NCBI RefSeq assembly: GCF_963921235.1
Contig: NC_086108.1
Location: 2,294,001-2,358,000 of the forward strand
Reading direction: 5' to 3'
Length of the DNA stretch: 64,000 bases
Source of the DNA: Mobula hypostoma
Lineage: Eukaryota
Shown here: in pieces, positions 51,966-63,479 of the stretch
How the letters are laid out: each line of letters opens with the position of its first letter
Numbering within the stretch: the first letter of the stretch is position 1
Translations under genes and position numbers: made by a program
Notes under the pieces: generated by a model
The model's database searches: none
What the model was told of the DNA's origin: nothing
The model's input: the letters and a program-made list of their open reading frames with translations, nothing else

Positions 51966-53950
51966 TGACAATAGACAATAGACAATAAGTGCAGGAGTAG
52001 GCCATTTGGCCCTTCGAGCCAGCGCCACCATTCACTGTGATCATGGCTGATCACAATCCACAATCAGTACCCCGTTCTGCCTTCTCTCCATATCCCTTGA
52101 CTTCACTATCATTAAGAGCTCTATCTAACTCTTTCTTGAAAGCATCCAGAGAATTGGCCTCCACTGCCTTCTGAGGCAGAGCATTCCACAGATCCACAAC
52201 TCTCTGGGTGAAAAAGTTTTTCAACTCCGTTCTAAATGGCCTATTCCTTATTCTTAAACTGTGGCCTCTCGTTCTGGACACCCCCAACATCGGGAACATG
52301 TTTCCTGCCTCTAGTGTATCCAATCCCTTAATAATCTTATATGTTTCAATCAGATCCCCTCTCATCCTTCTAAATTCCAGTGTATACAAGCCCAGTCACT
52401 CCAATCTTTCAACATATGACAGTCCCACCATCCCGGGAATTAACCTCATGATCCTCCACTGCACTCCCTCAATAGCAAGAATGTCCTTCCTCAAATTTGG
52501 AGACCAAAACTGCACACAGTACTCCAGATGTGGTCTCACCAGGGCCTTGTACAACTGCAGAAGGACCTCTTTGCTCCTATACTCAACTCCCCTTGTTATG
52601 AAGGCCAACATGCCATTAGCTTTCTTCACTGCCTGCTGTACCTGCATGCTTACTTTCAGTGACTGATGAACAAGGACACCCAGATCTCGTTGTACTTCCC
52701 CTTTTCCAAACTTGACACCATTCAGATAGTAATCTGCCTTCTTGTTCTTGCCACCAAAGCGGATAACCTCACATTTATCCACATTAAACTGCATCTGTCA
52801 TGCATCTACCACTCACCCAACCTGTCCAAGTCACCCTGCATTCGCATAACATCCTCCTCACATTTCACACTGCCTCCCAGCTTTGTGTCATCTGCAAATT
52901 TGCTAATGTTACTTTTAATCCCTTCATCTAAATCGTAGTGTATATTGTACATAGCTGCGGTCCCAGCACCGAGCCTTGCGGTACCCCACTAGTCACTGCC
53001 TGCCATTCTGAAAAAGACCGTTAATCCCTACTCTTTATTTTCTGTCAGCCAACCAATTTTCTATCCATATCAGTACCCTACCCCCAATACCATGTGCTCT
53101 AATTTTGCCCACTAACCTCCTATATGGGACCTTATCAAAGGCTTTCTGAAAGTCCAGGTACACTACATCCACTGGCTTGCCTATGTCCATTTTCATAGTT
53201 ACATCCTCAAAAAATTCCAGAAAATTAGTCAAGCATGATTTCCCCTTCGTAAATCCATGCTGACTCGGACCGATCCTGTTACTGCTATCCAGATGTGCCG
53301 CTATTTCATCTTTTATAATTGACTCCAGCATCTTCCCCACCACTGATGTCAGACTAACGGGTCTATAATTGCCTGTTTTCTCTCTCCCTCCTTTCTTAAA
53401 AAGTGGGATAACATTAGCTGCCCTCCAATCCGCAGGAACTGATCCTGAATCTATAGAGCATTGAAAAATGATTACCAATGTGTCCACGATTTCTAGAGCC
53501 ACCTCCTTAAGTACCCTGGGATGCAGACCATCAGGTCCCGGGGACTTATCAGCCTTCAGTCCCATCAGTTTACCCAACACCATTTTCTGCCTAATGTGAA
53601 TCTCCTTCAGTTCCTCTGTTACCGTAGGCCCTCTGGCCACTATTACATCTGGGAGATTGTTTGTGTCTTCCCTAGTGAAGACAGGTCCAAAGTACCTGTT
53701 CAGCTCGTCTGCCATTTCCTTGTTCCCCATAATAAATTCACTCGCTTCTGTCTTCAAGGGCCCAATTTTGGTCTTAACTAATTTTGTCCTCTTCACATAC
53801 CTGAAGAAGCTTTTAATATCCTCCTTTACATTTTTGGCTAGCTTACCTTCATACCTCATCTTTTCTCCCCGAATTGCCTTTTTAGTTATCTTCTGTTGCT
53901 CCTTAAAAGTCTCCCAGTCCTCTGGCTTCCCGCTCATCCTTGCTATGTCA
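51966..53950 (-). mobile_element. 5'-truncated CR1 (about 2 kb, RT region)
   Basis: (gacaata)n tail; KSPGPDGLHPRVLKE, NYRPVSLTS, DFQKAFDKV, FADD and LVRPHLEYC motifs with frameshifts. Confidence 0.92.
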
Positions 53951-54449
53951 ACAGATATAGGTGTGTAAGTTGGGGAGACTTGGATGCTTGGTCGAATCTT
54001 TTACAGTTTGTAAATAAATGATTAATGTGCTTATTCCTAGTCAGTGTTTTCTGTCTCACTCACCAAACCCGTGAACCTGCTTCCGCATTACGGGTGGGAA
54101 CCCCCATTCTAAACCTTTTCTATCCACGTACCTGTCCGGCAGTATTTTATGACAAGGTGCTGCAAGATTTACTCTGAGTCAAACAGTAAAATACACATTG
54201 ATTGGGAGTGATGATCCCCATTCTGGCCTCTCTGATCCTTCAGTTTTATCTTCCTCCTGCATCTTACGGGTGAGTTACAATTCCACAAAGTTGGAATTAG
54301 TTGGAGGATCCAAGTGTCAACTGCACTGGGGCAGGTTGGCCATGGGATGCGCCAGATCCCCTCCCAATTCTCTTCTTGTCTGGAGCCTCCTCTCAATATA
54401 TCAATGGTGCTGAGCTGGAGACTTGTATGTATTTGGTTTTCCTTTATTT

Positions 54450-54690
54450 AAAGATACAGTACAGTGACAGGTCCTTTGTCCCGATGAGCCTATGCCTCCC
54501 AATTACACCCGTGTGGCCAGTTAACCTAATGACCCGTACGTCTTTGGGACGTGGGAGGGAACCGGAGCACCCCGATGAAACTCAGCTGGTCTCAGGGAGA
54601 ACGTGCAAACTTCTTACAGACAGTGTCAGAATTCCCAAGTGGCTGGTGCTATATTAGAGTTACACTAGCCACCGTGCCACTCTGCCACCC
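54450..54690 (-). mobile_element. tRNA-derived V-SINE-like element
   Basis: Reverse complement contains gtaagaagtttgcacgttctccc and ggtgctccggttccctcccacgtcccaaagacgtacggg, the V-SINE-type central domain. Confidence 0.7.
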
Positions 54691-54739
54691 CAGATGGCTG
54701 GGATCATCAAATTCTTGGATGTTGACAGCTTGATCTGTT

Positions 54740-55590
54740 CCGACCACATAGATGTGAAGGTCGAGAAAGCACACCTGTCTTTCTACTTCCTCAGAAGGCT
54801 AAGGAAATTCCACATGTACCCTGTTGATCCTCACCAATTTTTATAGCACCTTTACAAACATCCGGTTTGGATAACCTCTGCTTGGTATGGCAACTGTTCT
54901 ACCCAATCCCTCAAGACATTGCAGAGAGTTGTGGACACAGCTCTCTCTGTCACAAAAACCAGCCTCGCCTCCATGTTCTAAGACCACACTTGGTCCAGAG
55001 GATAATCCCGGGAATGAAAGGGCTACTGTATGTGGAGCTCTGGGCCTATGCTCATTGGCATTTAGAAGAATAAGAGAGGACCTCATTGAAATGTACTAAA
55101 TATTAAAAGCCTAGATAGAGTGGAGGTGGAGAGGGTGTTTCCATTAGTGAGAGAGTCTAGGACCAGAGGGCACAAACTCAGATTAGAAGGATGCCCTTTA
55201 GAACAGGGATGAGGAGGAATTCATTGCCACTGACGGTTGTGGGGTCTAAGTCAACAGGTATATTTGAAGTGGAGGTTGATAGGTTCCTGATTAGTAAGAA
55301 CGTCAAAAGTTATGGGGAGAAGGCAGGAGACTGGGGTGAGCAGGAAAGTGGTCTCGCTATTACTGACTGCAGAGCAGACTCAAAGGACCAACTGCCTAGT
55401 TCTGCTCGTCTTTCTCGGAGTCTTATGGCCACACTTCAGGAAGGATAGGGATGTGCTGCGAAAACATACAGAGGAGATCCATCAGAATCTGGCCGAGGTT
55501 GAATAAGGCAGGGTTTAATGTTCACTGGGGTGAAGGAGACTGAGTGACGACTGAGAAAGGTATGAGGCATAGACAGGGCAGAGTGTCAAA
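54740..55590 (+). mobile_element. Adjacent degraded Rex/Babar-like (about 54740-54975) and CR1 (about 54990-55590) fragments
   Basis: YFLRRLRKF-encoding block, followed by ccagaggataatcccgggaatgaaaggg..tttagaagaataagag..aggaccagagggcac (CR1 3'). Confidence 0.65.
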
Positions 55591-55657
55591 AATGTAAACA
55601 GGGCAGGGAGTCATTCATAGTGAGAGTGTCAAAAACGTAGACTGGGCAGACAGTCGT

Positions 55658-55975
55658 TCAGGTCACCCTCGGGCAAGGTGTAGCACCTCCTTAGCTCCTC
55701 TCCTGATCAGGGTCACGTGAAGACATGAGAGCAGGTGGTGGATGGTCATATAAGCAGCCGGTGCATAGCACAAGTCCTGGTTATGTGACCATTGACGCCA
55801 GGCAGACAATCTCTGAAGAGTTATTGATAATGACTGGGGTCACCCGTCTTGTAAAGACACTGCCCAGAAGAAGGCAATGGCAAACTATTTCTGTAGAAAA
55901 ATTTGCCAAGGACAATTAATGTCATGGAAAGAGCAAGACGAAAGAGCCTACGTCATATGACATGGCACATCATGA
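55658..55975 (+). mobile_element. SINE-like element with an RTE/BovB-type agaaggcaatggcaaa motif
   Basis: A second, inverted copy lies at 63480-63830; both share caggtcaccct.gggcaag...cagaagaaggcaatggcaaac. Confidence 0.65.
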
Positions 55976-56302
55976 TGCCTGATCTGTTGAGTTCCCCAAC
56001 ATTTTGTGTCTGTTGCTCTGGATTTTCACATTTGTAGAATCCCTTGTGTTTATATTGTAAAATAAAAAAGATTGGCCTTCCCCATCTGGCTTCACCTATC
56101 ACCTTCCAGCTTGTCCTTCTTCCCTTCCTCCCACCTTCTTATTCTGGCCTCTGCCTCCTTCCTTTCCAGTCCTGACGAAGGGTCTTGGCTCAAAATATGG
56201 AATGTTCATTTCCATCCATAGACGCTGCCTGACCTGCTGAGTTCTACCAACATTCTGTGTCTGTTGTCCTGGATTTCCAACATCTGCAGAATCTCTTGTG
56301 TC
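55976..56302 (+). mobile_element. Penelope pseudo-LTR fragments
   Basis: Two partial copies of the gcctgacctgctgagtt..ctgcagaatctcttgtg block; cctgacgaagggtcttgg at about 56171. Confidence 0.65.
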
Positions 56303-56489
56303 AAAAATATGTGATGCCCTTAACACCAAGATGCATCACTGGGGCAGGAAACAAGATCAAAAGCTATCAGAAGATCAGAGAAAAGGGAAAGTTTAAAGAA
56401 ATTCCTAGACACCATGTGATGATCTGTATGAATAGTGTACAAAACTACGTTTTTCACTGTTCCTCAGTGACAACACTAAACCAATCCCA

Positions 56490-56845
56490 ATCTGCACTGC
56501 GCATCTTCAAGGAGCTGTGCCTTAGGAAGGGGGCATCCACTTGGGGCACCCACCACCCAGGACATGCCCTCTTCTCATTGCTACCATCCGGGAGGAGGTA
56601 CAGGAGCCTGAAGGCACACACTCAACGATTCAGGAACAGCTTCTTCCCCTCTGCCATCTGATTTCTGAATGGACATTGAACCTCACTACTTTTTAAAATT
56701 ATTTTTATATACTTATTTTAACAACTATTTAATAGACATTTATATACTTAAAGTAACTCATTTTTCTCTATGTATTTATTTATCATGTACTTCATTGTAC
56801 TGCTGCCACAAAGCTAACAAATTTCATGACATATGATTCATCGGA
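56490..56845 (+). mobile_element. Rex/Babar-like LINE 3' end
   Basis: HPGHALFSLLPSGRRYRSLKAHTQRFRNSFFPSAI plus an AT-rich 3'UTR. Confidence 0.8.
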
Positions 56846-56884
56846 GGTGAGCTGATAATTGATTACCATCTCCTGCGGTGCCTG

Positions 56885-57260
56885 ATCCCAGAACCCATGG
56901 TGAGGTACAGGGGTGTGATAACGCCCCAGTACTGCACACGTCTTGCCTGAACTCTGTGAGATGGGCATGGACTGGGTAGGGCCTGGGTGCCCACACGGAA
57001 AGGACCCATCTAGCCCTTGGCCCACACAGTTTAGAGGAGAGGCCAGTGCAGGTAGTGTCAGAGTCTCGGTGTCTGTTGCCAAGTGACAGGGACACAGCTG
57101 GCTCCACCCAGCACTGTATTGCTGGTGGCTTTGTTCAGTGTTACACAGTGACGCAGATTTAAGAGAGAAACCCAGCCTCGGGCATATAGTTTTATCAACT
57201 GTGGACTCCATCTTGGTATTGTAACGCAAGGCAAAGTCCAGCATCTATGTCCCTGATCCT
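56885..57260. repeat. Local duplicated segment, copy 1 (not a TE family seen elsewhere in the window); contains an RSS-like motif
   Basis: Aligns with 62135-62455; near-identical core from cagggacacagctgg to ttttatcaa. Confidence 0.85.
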
Positions 57261-57824
57261 GTGTACTGTGTGCAGTTTTGGTCTCCAAGTTTGAGGAAGG
57301 ACATTCTTGCTATTGAGGGAGTGCAGCGTAGGTTCACAAGGTTAATTCCCGGGATGGTGAGACTGTCATATGTTGAAAGGTTGGAGCGACTGGGCTTGTA
57401 TACTCTGGAATTTAGAAGGATGAGAGGGGATCTTATTGAAACATATAAGATTATTAAGGGATTGGACACGCTGGAGGCAGGAAGCATGTTCCCGCTGATG
57501 GGTGAGTCCAGAACCAAAGGCCACAGTTTAAGAATTAGAGGTAGGCCATTTAGAACGGAGTTGAGGAAAAACTTTTTCACCCAGGGAGTGGTGGATATGT
57601 GGAATGCTCTGCCCCAGAAGGCTGTGGAGGCCAAGTCTCTGGATGTTTTCAAAAAAGAGATGGATAGAGCTCTTAAAGATAGCGGAATCAAAGGTTATGG
57701 GGATAAGGCAGGAACTGGATACTGATTGTGGATGATCAGCCATGATCACAGTGAATGGCGGTGCTGGCTCGAAGGGCCGAATGGCCTACTCCTGCACCTA
57801 TTGCCTATTGTCTATTGTCTGTTG
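57261..57824 (+). mobile_element. CR1 3' fragment, same subfamily as 51966-53950
   Basis: Open 154-aa RT C-terminus (YCVQFWSP...DMWNALP), 3'UTR and (ctattgt)n tail. Confidence 0.92.
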
Positions 57825-58377
57825 ATCCCCTCTAGGACTGGGCAAGAGCGGGCTGGCCTCTGAGCTAGTATTGACAGATCCTCAAAAGATCATAAGACCA
57901 TTAAGACCTGGGAGCAGAATTAGGCCATTTGGCCCATCGAGACTGCTCCTCCATTTGACCATGTCTGATTTCAAAGATCAAGGTACATTTTCTATCAAAG
58001 TCACCACATACAACCCTGAGGTTCATTTTCCTGCAGGCATACTCAATAAATCCATACTAGGATAATAACCACAATAGAGTCAATGCAAGACCACCCCAGC
58101 TTGGGCGGTCTTCCTTCTTAGTATGTTCCCTCTGGACCCCGTTCTCCCCATAACCTGTGACACTCTGACTAATTAAGAACCTATCAACCTCTGCTTTAAA
58201 TATACCCAATGGCTTAGCATCCTCAACTGTCTGTGGCAAACGTATTCCACAGATTCACCACCCTCTGGCTACAGAAATTCCTCTGTTCTAAAGGGACTTT
58301 CTTGTATTCTGAGATTGTGCTCTCTGGTCCTAGACTCTCCCACAACTGGAAACACTCTTTCCCTATAAACCCTATAT

Positions 58378-58772
58378 ACTTACTTACTTACTGCCTACGG
58401 CTGCAGTGAAGGTCCTGCATCTCTGATGGTGTTCGGAGCTTCCTTCGTCATGTCAGAAGCTTCCTCTCGGTTTTCACTGCTGTCATGCAAGGAATACCGT
58501 TGCACACAGGAATACCATTGCGCATAGATGTAGAAGGATTCTTCATTGCTGTTGCTTTACAATTTTGTTTGACCGGTCAGGGTTGTTAGGCCTGAGCTGA
58601 ACCCCCGAACCTGGAGGACCGGTGGACCACTCTTAGTCTGGCCCCTACCTTTTTGACACAGGTGATCCTACCAGGAACCAAAGCATAAAGCCCTGACTTC
58701 AGCCAACACAGCTCTCTGGGTCATTGAGGTATGCAAGCCTCCAAACCCAAAGACAAGGTTGTGTTCCTATTG
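58378..58772 (-). mobile_element. RTE-like non-autonomous element inserted within a degraded CR1 (about 58135-58365 and 58780-58885)
   Basis: (ctta)n tail at about 58380; CR1 sequence stops before it and resumes at atctagacctttcaata. Family assignment is by recognition only. Confidence 0.5.
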
Positions 58773-58899
58773 GAGGAAACCCCATCTAGACCTTTCAATA
58801 CTTCAATGAGATTCCCCCCCCCCAATGTTCTAAACTCTAAACTGCAGCGAGTACAAGTTCAGAGCCTTCAAATGCCCCTCATACATGGTGAGATGACAA

Positions 58900-59665
58900 G
58901 GAGGTGTATAGGAGTGAAACAGATAAGCTCACTAAATGGTGTTGCAACAACAATCTTACACTCAACGTCTACAAGACCAAGGAATTGATTGTGGACTTCA
59001 GAATGGGGAAGTCAGGAGAGCACACACCAGTTCTCGTCGAAAGTCAACAGTGGAAAGGGTGAGCAGTTTCAAGTTCCTGAGTATCAAATATCCTGAGTAG
59101 CACCTTTATTTCCTGTGGAGCATGAAGAAAGCTCACCTCTGTCCCAGGATACTGATGGATTTTTACCGCTGTACCATTGAGAGCATATTCACCAACTGCA
59201 TCTCAGAGTGATATGGCAATTGTACCGTATCGGATCGCAAAGCAGCCCAGCAGATTATCGGCACCCAATTGCCCACCATTGAGAACATCTACCATAAAAG
59301 TTGCCTGGGCAAGGCGAAAAGCATTATCAAGGATGCATCTCACCCTAACCATGGACTTTTTACTCTCCTCCCATCCGGTAGGTGCTACAGGAGCCTCTGC
59401 TCCCAGACCAGCAGGCACAGGAAGAGCTTCTTCCCTGAGGTTGTGACCCTGCTGAACCTCACATCACAGCGCTAAGCAGTATTGCAGCCATATTGTACTG
59501 TCTCAGTACTTTTATATTTGTGTGCTGTAGCACTTACTTTTTATTCATAGTTATTTTGTAAATAACATTATTGTTTGCATTTCTGGTTAGACGCTAACTG
59601 CATTTCATTGGCTTTGTAATCTGTACCCGGCACAATGACAATAAAGTTGAATCTAATCTAATCAA
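58900..59665 (+). mobile_element. Rex/Babar-like LINE 3' fragments
   Basis: KTKELIVDFR, FKFL and IIKDASHPNHGLFTLLPSGRCYRSL motifs; ends aataaagttgaatctaatctaatc. Confidence 0.8.
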
Positions 59666-59782
59666 ATCAACATATCAGATCAACTATTCTAGCCAATGGT
59701 CCGCTGGGTGGTATGGTAAAGTAAAGATTAGTGACCTTTACTGTGCCAATGACCTTGATTATGGTTTGATTCCTGCCCCTTC

Positions 59783-60118
59783 TAGAACCATAGAATACCT
59801 ACAGCATAATACAGGCCCTTCAGCCCACAATGCTGTGCCGAACATGTACTTACTTTAGAAATTACCTAGGGTTACCCATAGCCCTCTATTTTTCTAAGCT
59901 CCATATACCTATCCAGGAGTCTCTTAAAAGACCCTATCGTTTCTGCCTCCACCACAGTCACTGGCAGCCCATTCCACACACTCACCACTCTCTGCGTAAA
60001 AAACTTACCCCTGACATCTCCTCTGTACCTACTTCCAAGCACCTTAAGACTGTGCCCTCTCGTGTTAGCCATTTCAGCCCTGGGAAAAAGCCTCTGACTA
60101 TCCACACGATCAGTGCCT
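59783..60118 (-). mobile_element. CR1 3' end
   Basis: SQRLFPRAEMANTRGHSLKV..FFTQRVVSVWNGLP plus 3'UTR/tail. Confidence 0.85.
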
Positions 60119-60360
60119 CAAGGAGTTGTGTAAGGAGTTTGTACATTTTTTCTGTCACTGTGGAGCTTTTCTCTGGGGCAGTTTCCAAAAACGTATGGGT
60201 TCGGGTTAGTAAGACGTGGGCAGACTACGTTGGCCAGAATCACGGTGACACTCGAGGGCTGCCCCTCACATCCTTGGATTATGTTGGTTGTTGATGCAAA
60301 CAATGCATTTCACTGTGTGTTCCGATGTTTTGATGTCCATGTGATAAATAAAGCTAATCT
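60119..60360 (+). mobile_element. V-SINE-like 3' portion
   Basis: tgtaaggagtttgtacatt..tttccaaaaacgtatgggt.. ending in ataaataaagctaatct. Confidence 0.6.
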
Positions 60361-61654
60361 CCTCTTCCTCAAATGATCTATAGTTCTGCAGAAAATGCCA
60401 TTTCCCTAGCATGAACTTAGTTCAGGAAGACAAGAAAGGCAGGCTCGATACACATACTTGGTCAGGGCTCGTTTGGCTAAAGGTATGTGATGAGACAGTA
60501 TTAGGCGTAGCAGTGAACCCCTTCAATGTTTCAGTAAGAGTCGGCTGCATGGTCAGTAATGCTGTCTTTGAGCTCCTCTCATCTGCATTTAAAATGCCAG
60601 TTTCCATGAAAGACCGAGGAGCTCTCACCAGTATCCTGGGATCACAACATGCCCTTGTTGAAAGAAGATAGATTATCTGTACTTGACCTTATTGGAGCTT
60701 GAGGGAAGTTTGCAGTGCCAAAAACTGCAAATGTCTCCTACGTGTGTTAGCTGTGAAGTAATTATAGACGATTGGGTATTTCCCAAACCTCTATGGTTTT
60801 GACCTCAAAGGAGGAGAGAGAGGTAGAGACTTGAGGTGGAGGAGGGGTGGATATCAGACCCCAAAGTCCTTCCAACAGAAGAGTCGAGGCCTGTCCACCC
60901 AAACCAGGAGTGAGGTTTGATCATCTGAGCACCAAGTCCATTTGGAAGGTCGTGTACAGGCCAAAAGGTGGTGGCGGAGTCAGACCTACAGCGGACCAAA
61001 GTGACGGGGCTAGGGTCTTAGAGTGAGCAACGACCCGGTGTTTGGACGATTTAAACACCGGGCCAGATTGAAAAGGTAGAGTATTGGGACCAAAGGCAAA
61101 GGTCAGGCCGGTTCTGCTAGCTGAACTGATGCTGAAGCCGTGCCTGGTGTGGCTGTTTCAGGCTTTGTGTCTGTGCACTCACTTCTGTTCTAAATTACTT
61201 CTATTGTTTTTTTTCTCTCTGAACATTGGGCGTTTGACAGTCTTCTTTTTAAAACCCATCAATAAAACCCTTTTGGCTGCCCGTAAGGAGATGAAACTCA
61301 AAGTTGTGTAACATATACATACTTTGATAATAAATATATTTGAACTTTGGACCAGTTAAATTTAAGGACAAGCAAGAAGCCAGATTTGGAAGTACTGTAG
61401 GTAAGGTAATTGGCACAGTTTTATTATTGTCATGTGTGCTGGGAGATATGCCATTCAGACAGGTCACTCCTGGGAGGGATGCACCTCAGGGTGGCTGCTG
61501 GGCCAACAACTGGCCACGGATGTCCCACATCCACATCGCTGGCCTTGGAACTTGGAACTGAGGGCTACTCTTGACCAGAATGCTTTCACTGGCACTCTTC
61601 ACCAGAGTAGGGATGGGCTGCTGACAACCTACAGGAATTCCCACCCACCAGCAG

Positions 61655-62110
61655 CACATCTGAAACGTTGTTGTTGGAAAGCAGCATCCGTCATCAGAGA
61701 TCCCCACTAACCAGGCCATGCTCTCTTCTCACTGCTGCCATCAGGTAGAAGGTGCACGAGCCTCAGGACTCGCACCACCAGGTTCAAGAACAGTTACTAC
61801 CCCTCAACTAACAGGCTCTTGAACAAAAGGGGATTCTATTCACATTCTATTTCTGGTGTTCCCACAACCAGTGATCTCGCTTTAACGATTCTTTATCTCG
61901 TTATCTCATGTCTCATTATTAATTGCTATTTATTTATATTTGCATCTGCACAGTTTGTTGTCTTCTGCACTCTGGTTGATCTTTCATTGATCCTGTTATA
62001 GTTACAGTTCTATAGATTTGCTGGGTATGCCCACAGGAAAATGACCCTCAGGGTTGCAGGTGGTGACATATATGTACGCTGATTATAAATTTTTCTTTGA
62101 ACTTTGAACC
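61655..62110 (+). mobile_element. Rex/Babar-like LINE 3' end
   Basis: KAASVIRDPH, ccaggccatgctctcttctcactgctgccatcagg and a tgaactttgaac tail. Confidence 0.75.
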
Positions 62111-62134
62111 TCTCACTTTTGCTAGGATTAAGAG

Positions 62135-62455
62135 GAACCCAAGATCATGGTGAAGACACCTCACACGCCTTCCTGATCTCTGTGAACTGAGCATGGACTG
62201 GGCAGGGTCCATGTACTCACACGGAAAGGTCACGCACTTCATGGGGGGAAAAGGAGAGGCCGGTGCTGGTAGATTCAGGGTCTCGGTGTCTGTTGCCAAA
62301 CAACAGGGACACAGCTGGCTCCACCCAGCACTGTGTTACACAGTGACGCAGATTTAAGAGAGAAACCCAGCCTCGGGCATATAGTTTTATCAACCGTGGT
62401 CTCCAGTTTGGTGCTGTAACACAAGACAAAGCCCAGCATCTACGTGCCTGATTCA
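62135..62455. repeat. Local duplicated segment, copy 2; contains the RSS-like motif
   Basis: Direct-orientation paralog of 56885-57260, with heptamers 5195 bp apart. Confidence 0.85.
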
Positions 62456-62644
62456 AAGGTAACACACCTCTCTGAATCCCGTCAAGGATTGGGAAAGAGT
62501 GGTTGGACTTAGGAAGGTATCAGTGAGGACATATACCAAGATCAGTATTAACCCTTCCCTCCCACATAGCCCTCCATTCTTCTGTCATCCATGTGTCTAT
62601 CTAAGGGTTTTTTAAGTGTCCCATTCCTACCCCAACCAATGCTG

Positions 62645-62835
62645 TGGGGCAGCAGCACAGTAGTGAAGTGGCCAGCAAAACCAAGCGCTGCAGTTTCCTG
62701 CCACATTCCAAAGACATAGGTTAATTGGTCATTGTAAATCGCCCCGTGATTAGGATAGGGCGGAATCGAGGGATTGCTGGGAGACGCAGCTGGAAGGGTT
62801 GGAAGAGCTACTCCATGTTGAATCTCAATAAATAA
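62645..62835 (+). mobile_element. Degraded V-SINE-like element
   Basis: gcagcacagtagtg head; gtttcctgccacattccaaagacat; ggttaattggtcattgtaaat; ends tctcaataaataaa. Confidence 0.6.
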
Positions 62836-63479
62836 AGCAATAAAATACCATCGGGATGGTATTCGTTTTGGCAGGAATATTTAGAGGGTGTCACCAGCCT
62901 CTGAAATGGACAGACAGACTGGTTTATTATCTTAACTGAAACACAGAAGCCCTCCAAATGCACACAGCAGCCTGTTGTAAATAAGGTTCTTCTGAAAAAA
63001 GACTTTGCAGGGTCCTGGAGTGATGAACTCGGTGAGTTTGTGTAGGAGGGGGATTCTCTCTTTGTCTGCTGCAGATATTTCTGGGTGTAACGCAGTGATT
63101 CAGGGCGGTAATGGCAACCCCCTCACTCCCGCTTTGATACAACAGTCAGTCAGGATTCCCCTCGCCCGTGGAAAGAGCTCATCTCATTGATAAATAACAC
63201 TGTTGCTCTTCAAAGGCCAGTGCTTTGGCACGGAGTGGGAGGTTGATGTGGTTAGCTCAGGCCAGTGGATGTCAACCTCACCTTTGACTCAGGGGGCTGT
63301 AGGCTGCAATCCTAATGACAGAGATGACCGTGCAGTTTTGTCTGACACTTCCTCTGTTGTCTCGAATGCCGGGGGTGTAATCTAGCTGTTGAGATGCTTT
63401 TCCACAAGCCAATAATTGCTTTACAAAGAAGAGTGGGGAAGTTCTCTGTGGACTTTTAGGGTCACCATCTTCATTCTGT

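Noticed and set aside
53950..54090. Possible LTR 3' fragment (aataaa followed by a U5-like tail)
   Set aside because: There is no partner LTR, PBS or internal coding sequence in the window to support it.
54936..54960. Perfect RSS nonamer ACAAAAACC
   Set aside because: It lies inside a Rex/Babar-like fragment, and the nearest CACAG is at a 9-bp spacing.
62657..62685. RSS-like cacagta...gcaaaacc
   Set aside because: It is the degraded head of a V-SINE-like element, with a poor nonamer.
63032..63074. Intron joining two candidate plus-strand exons
   Set aside because: At about 43 bp it is too short for a typical vertebrate intron.
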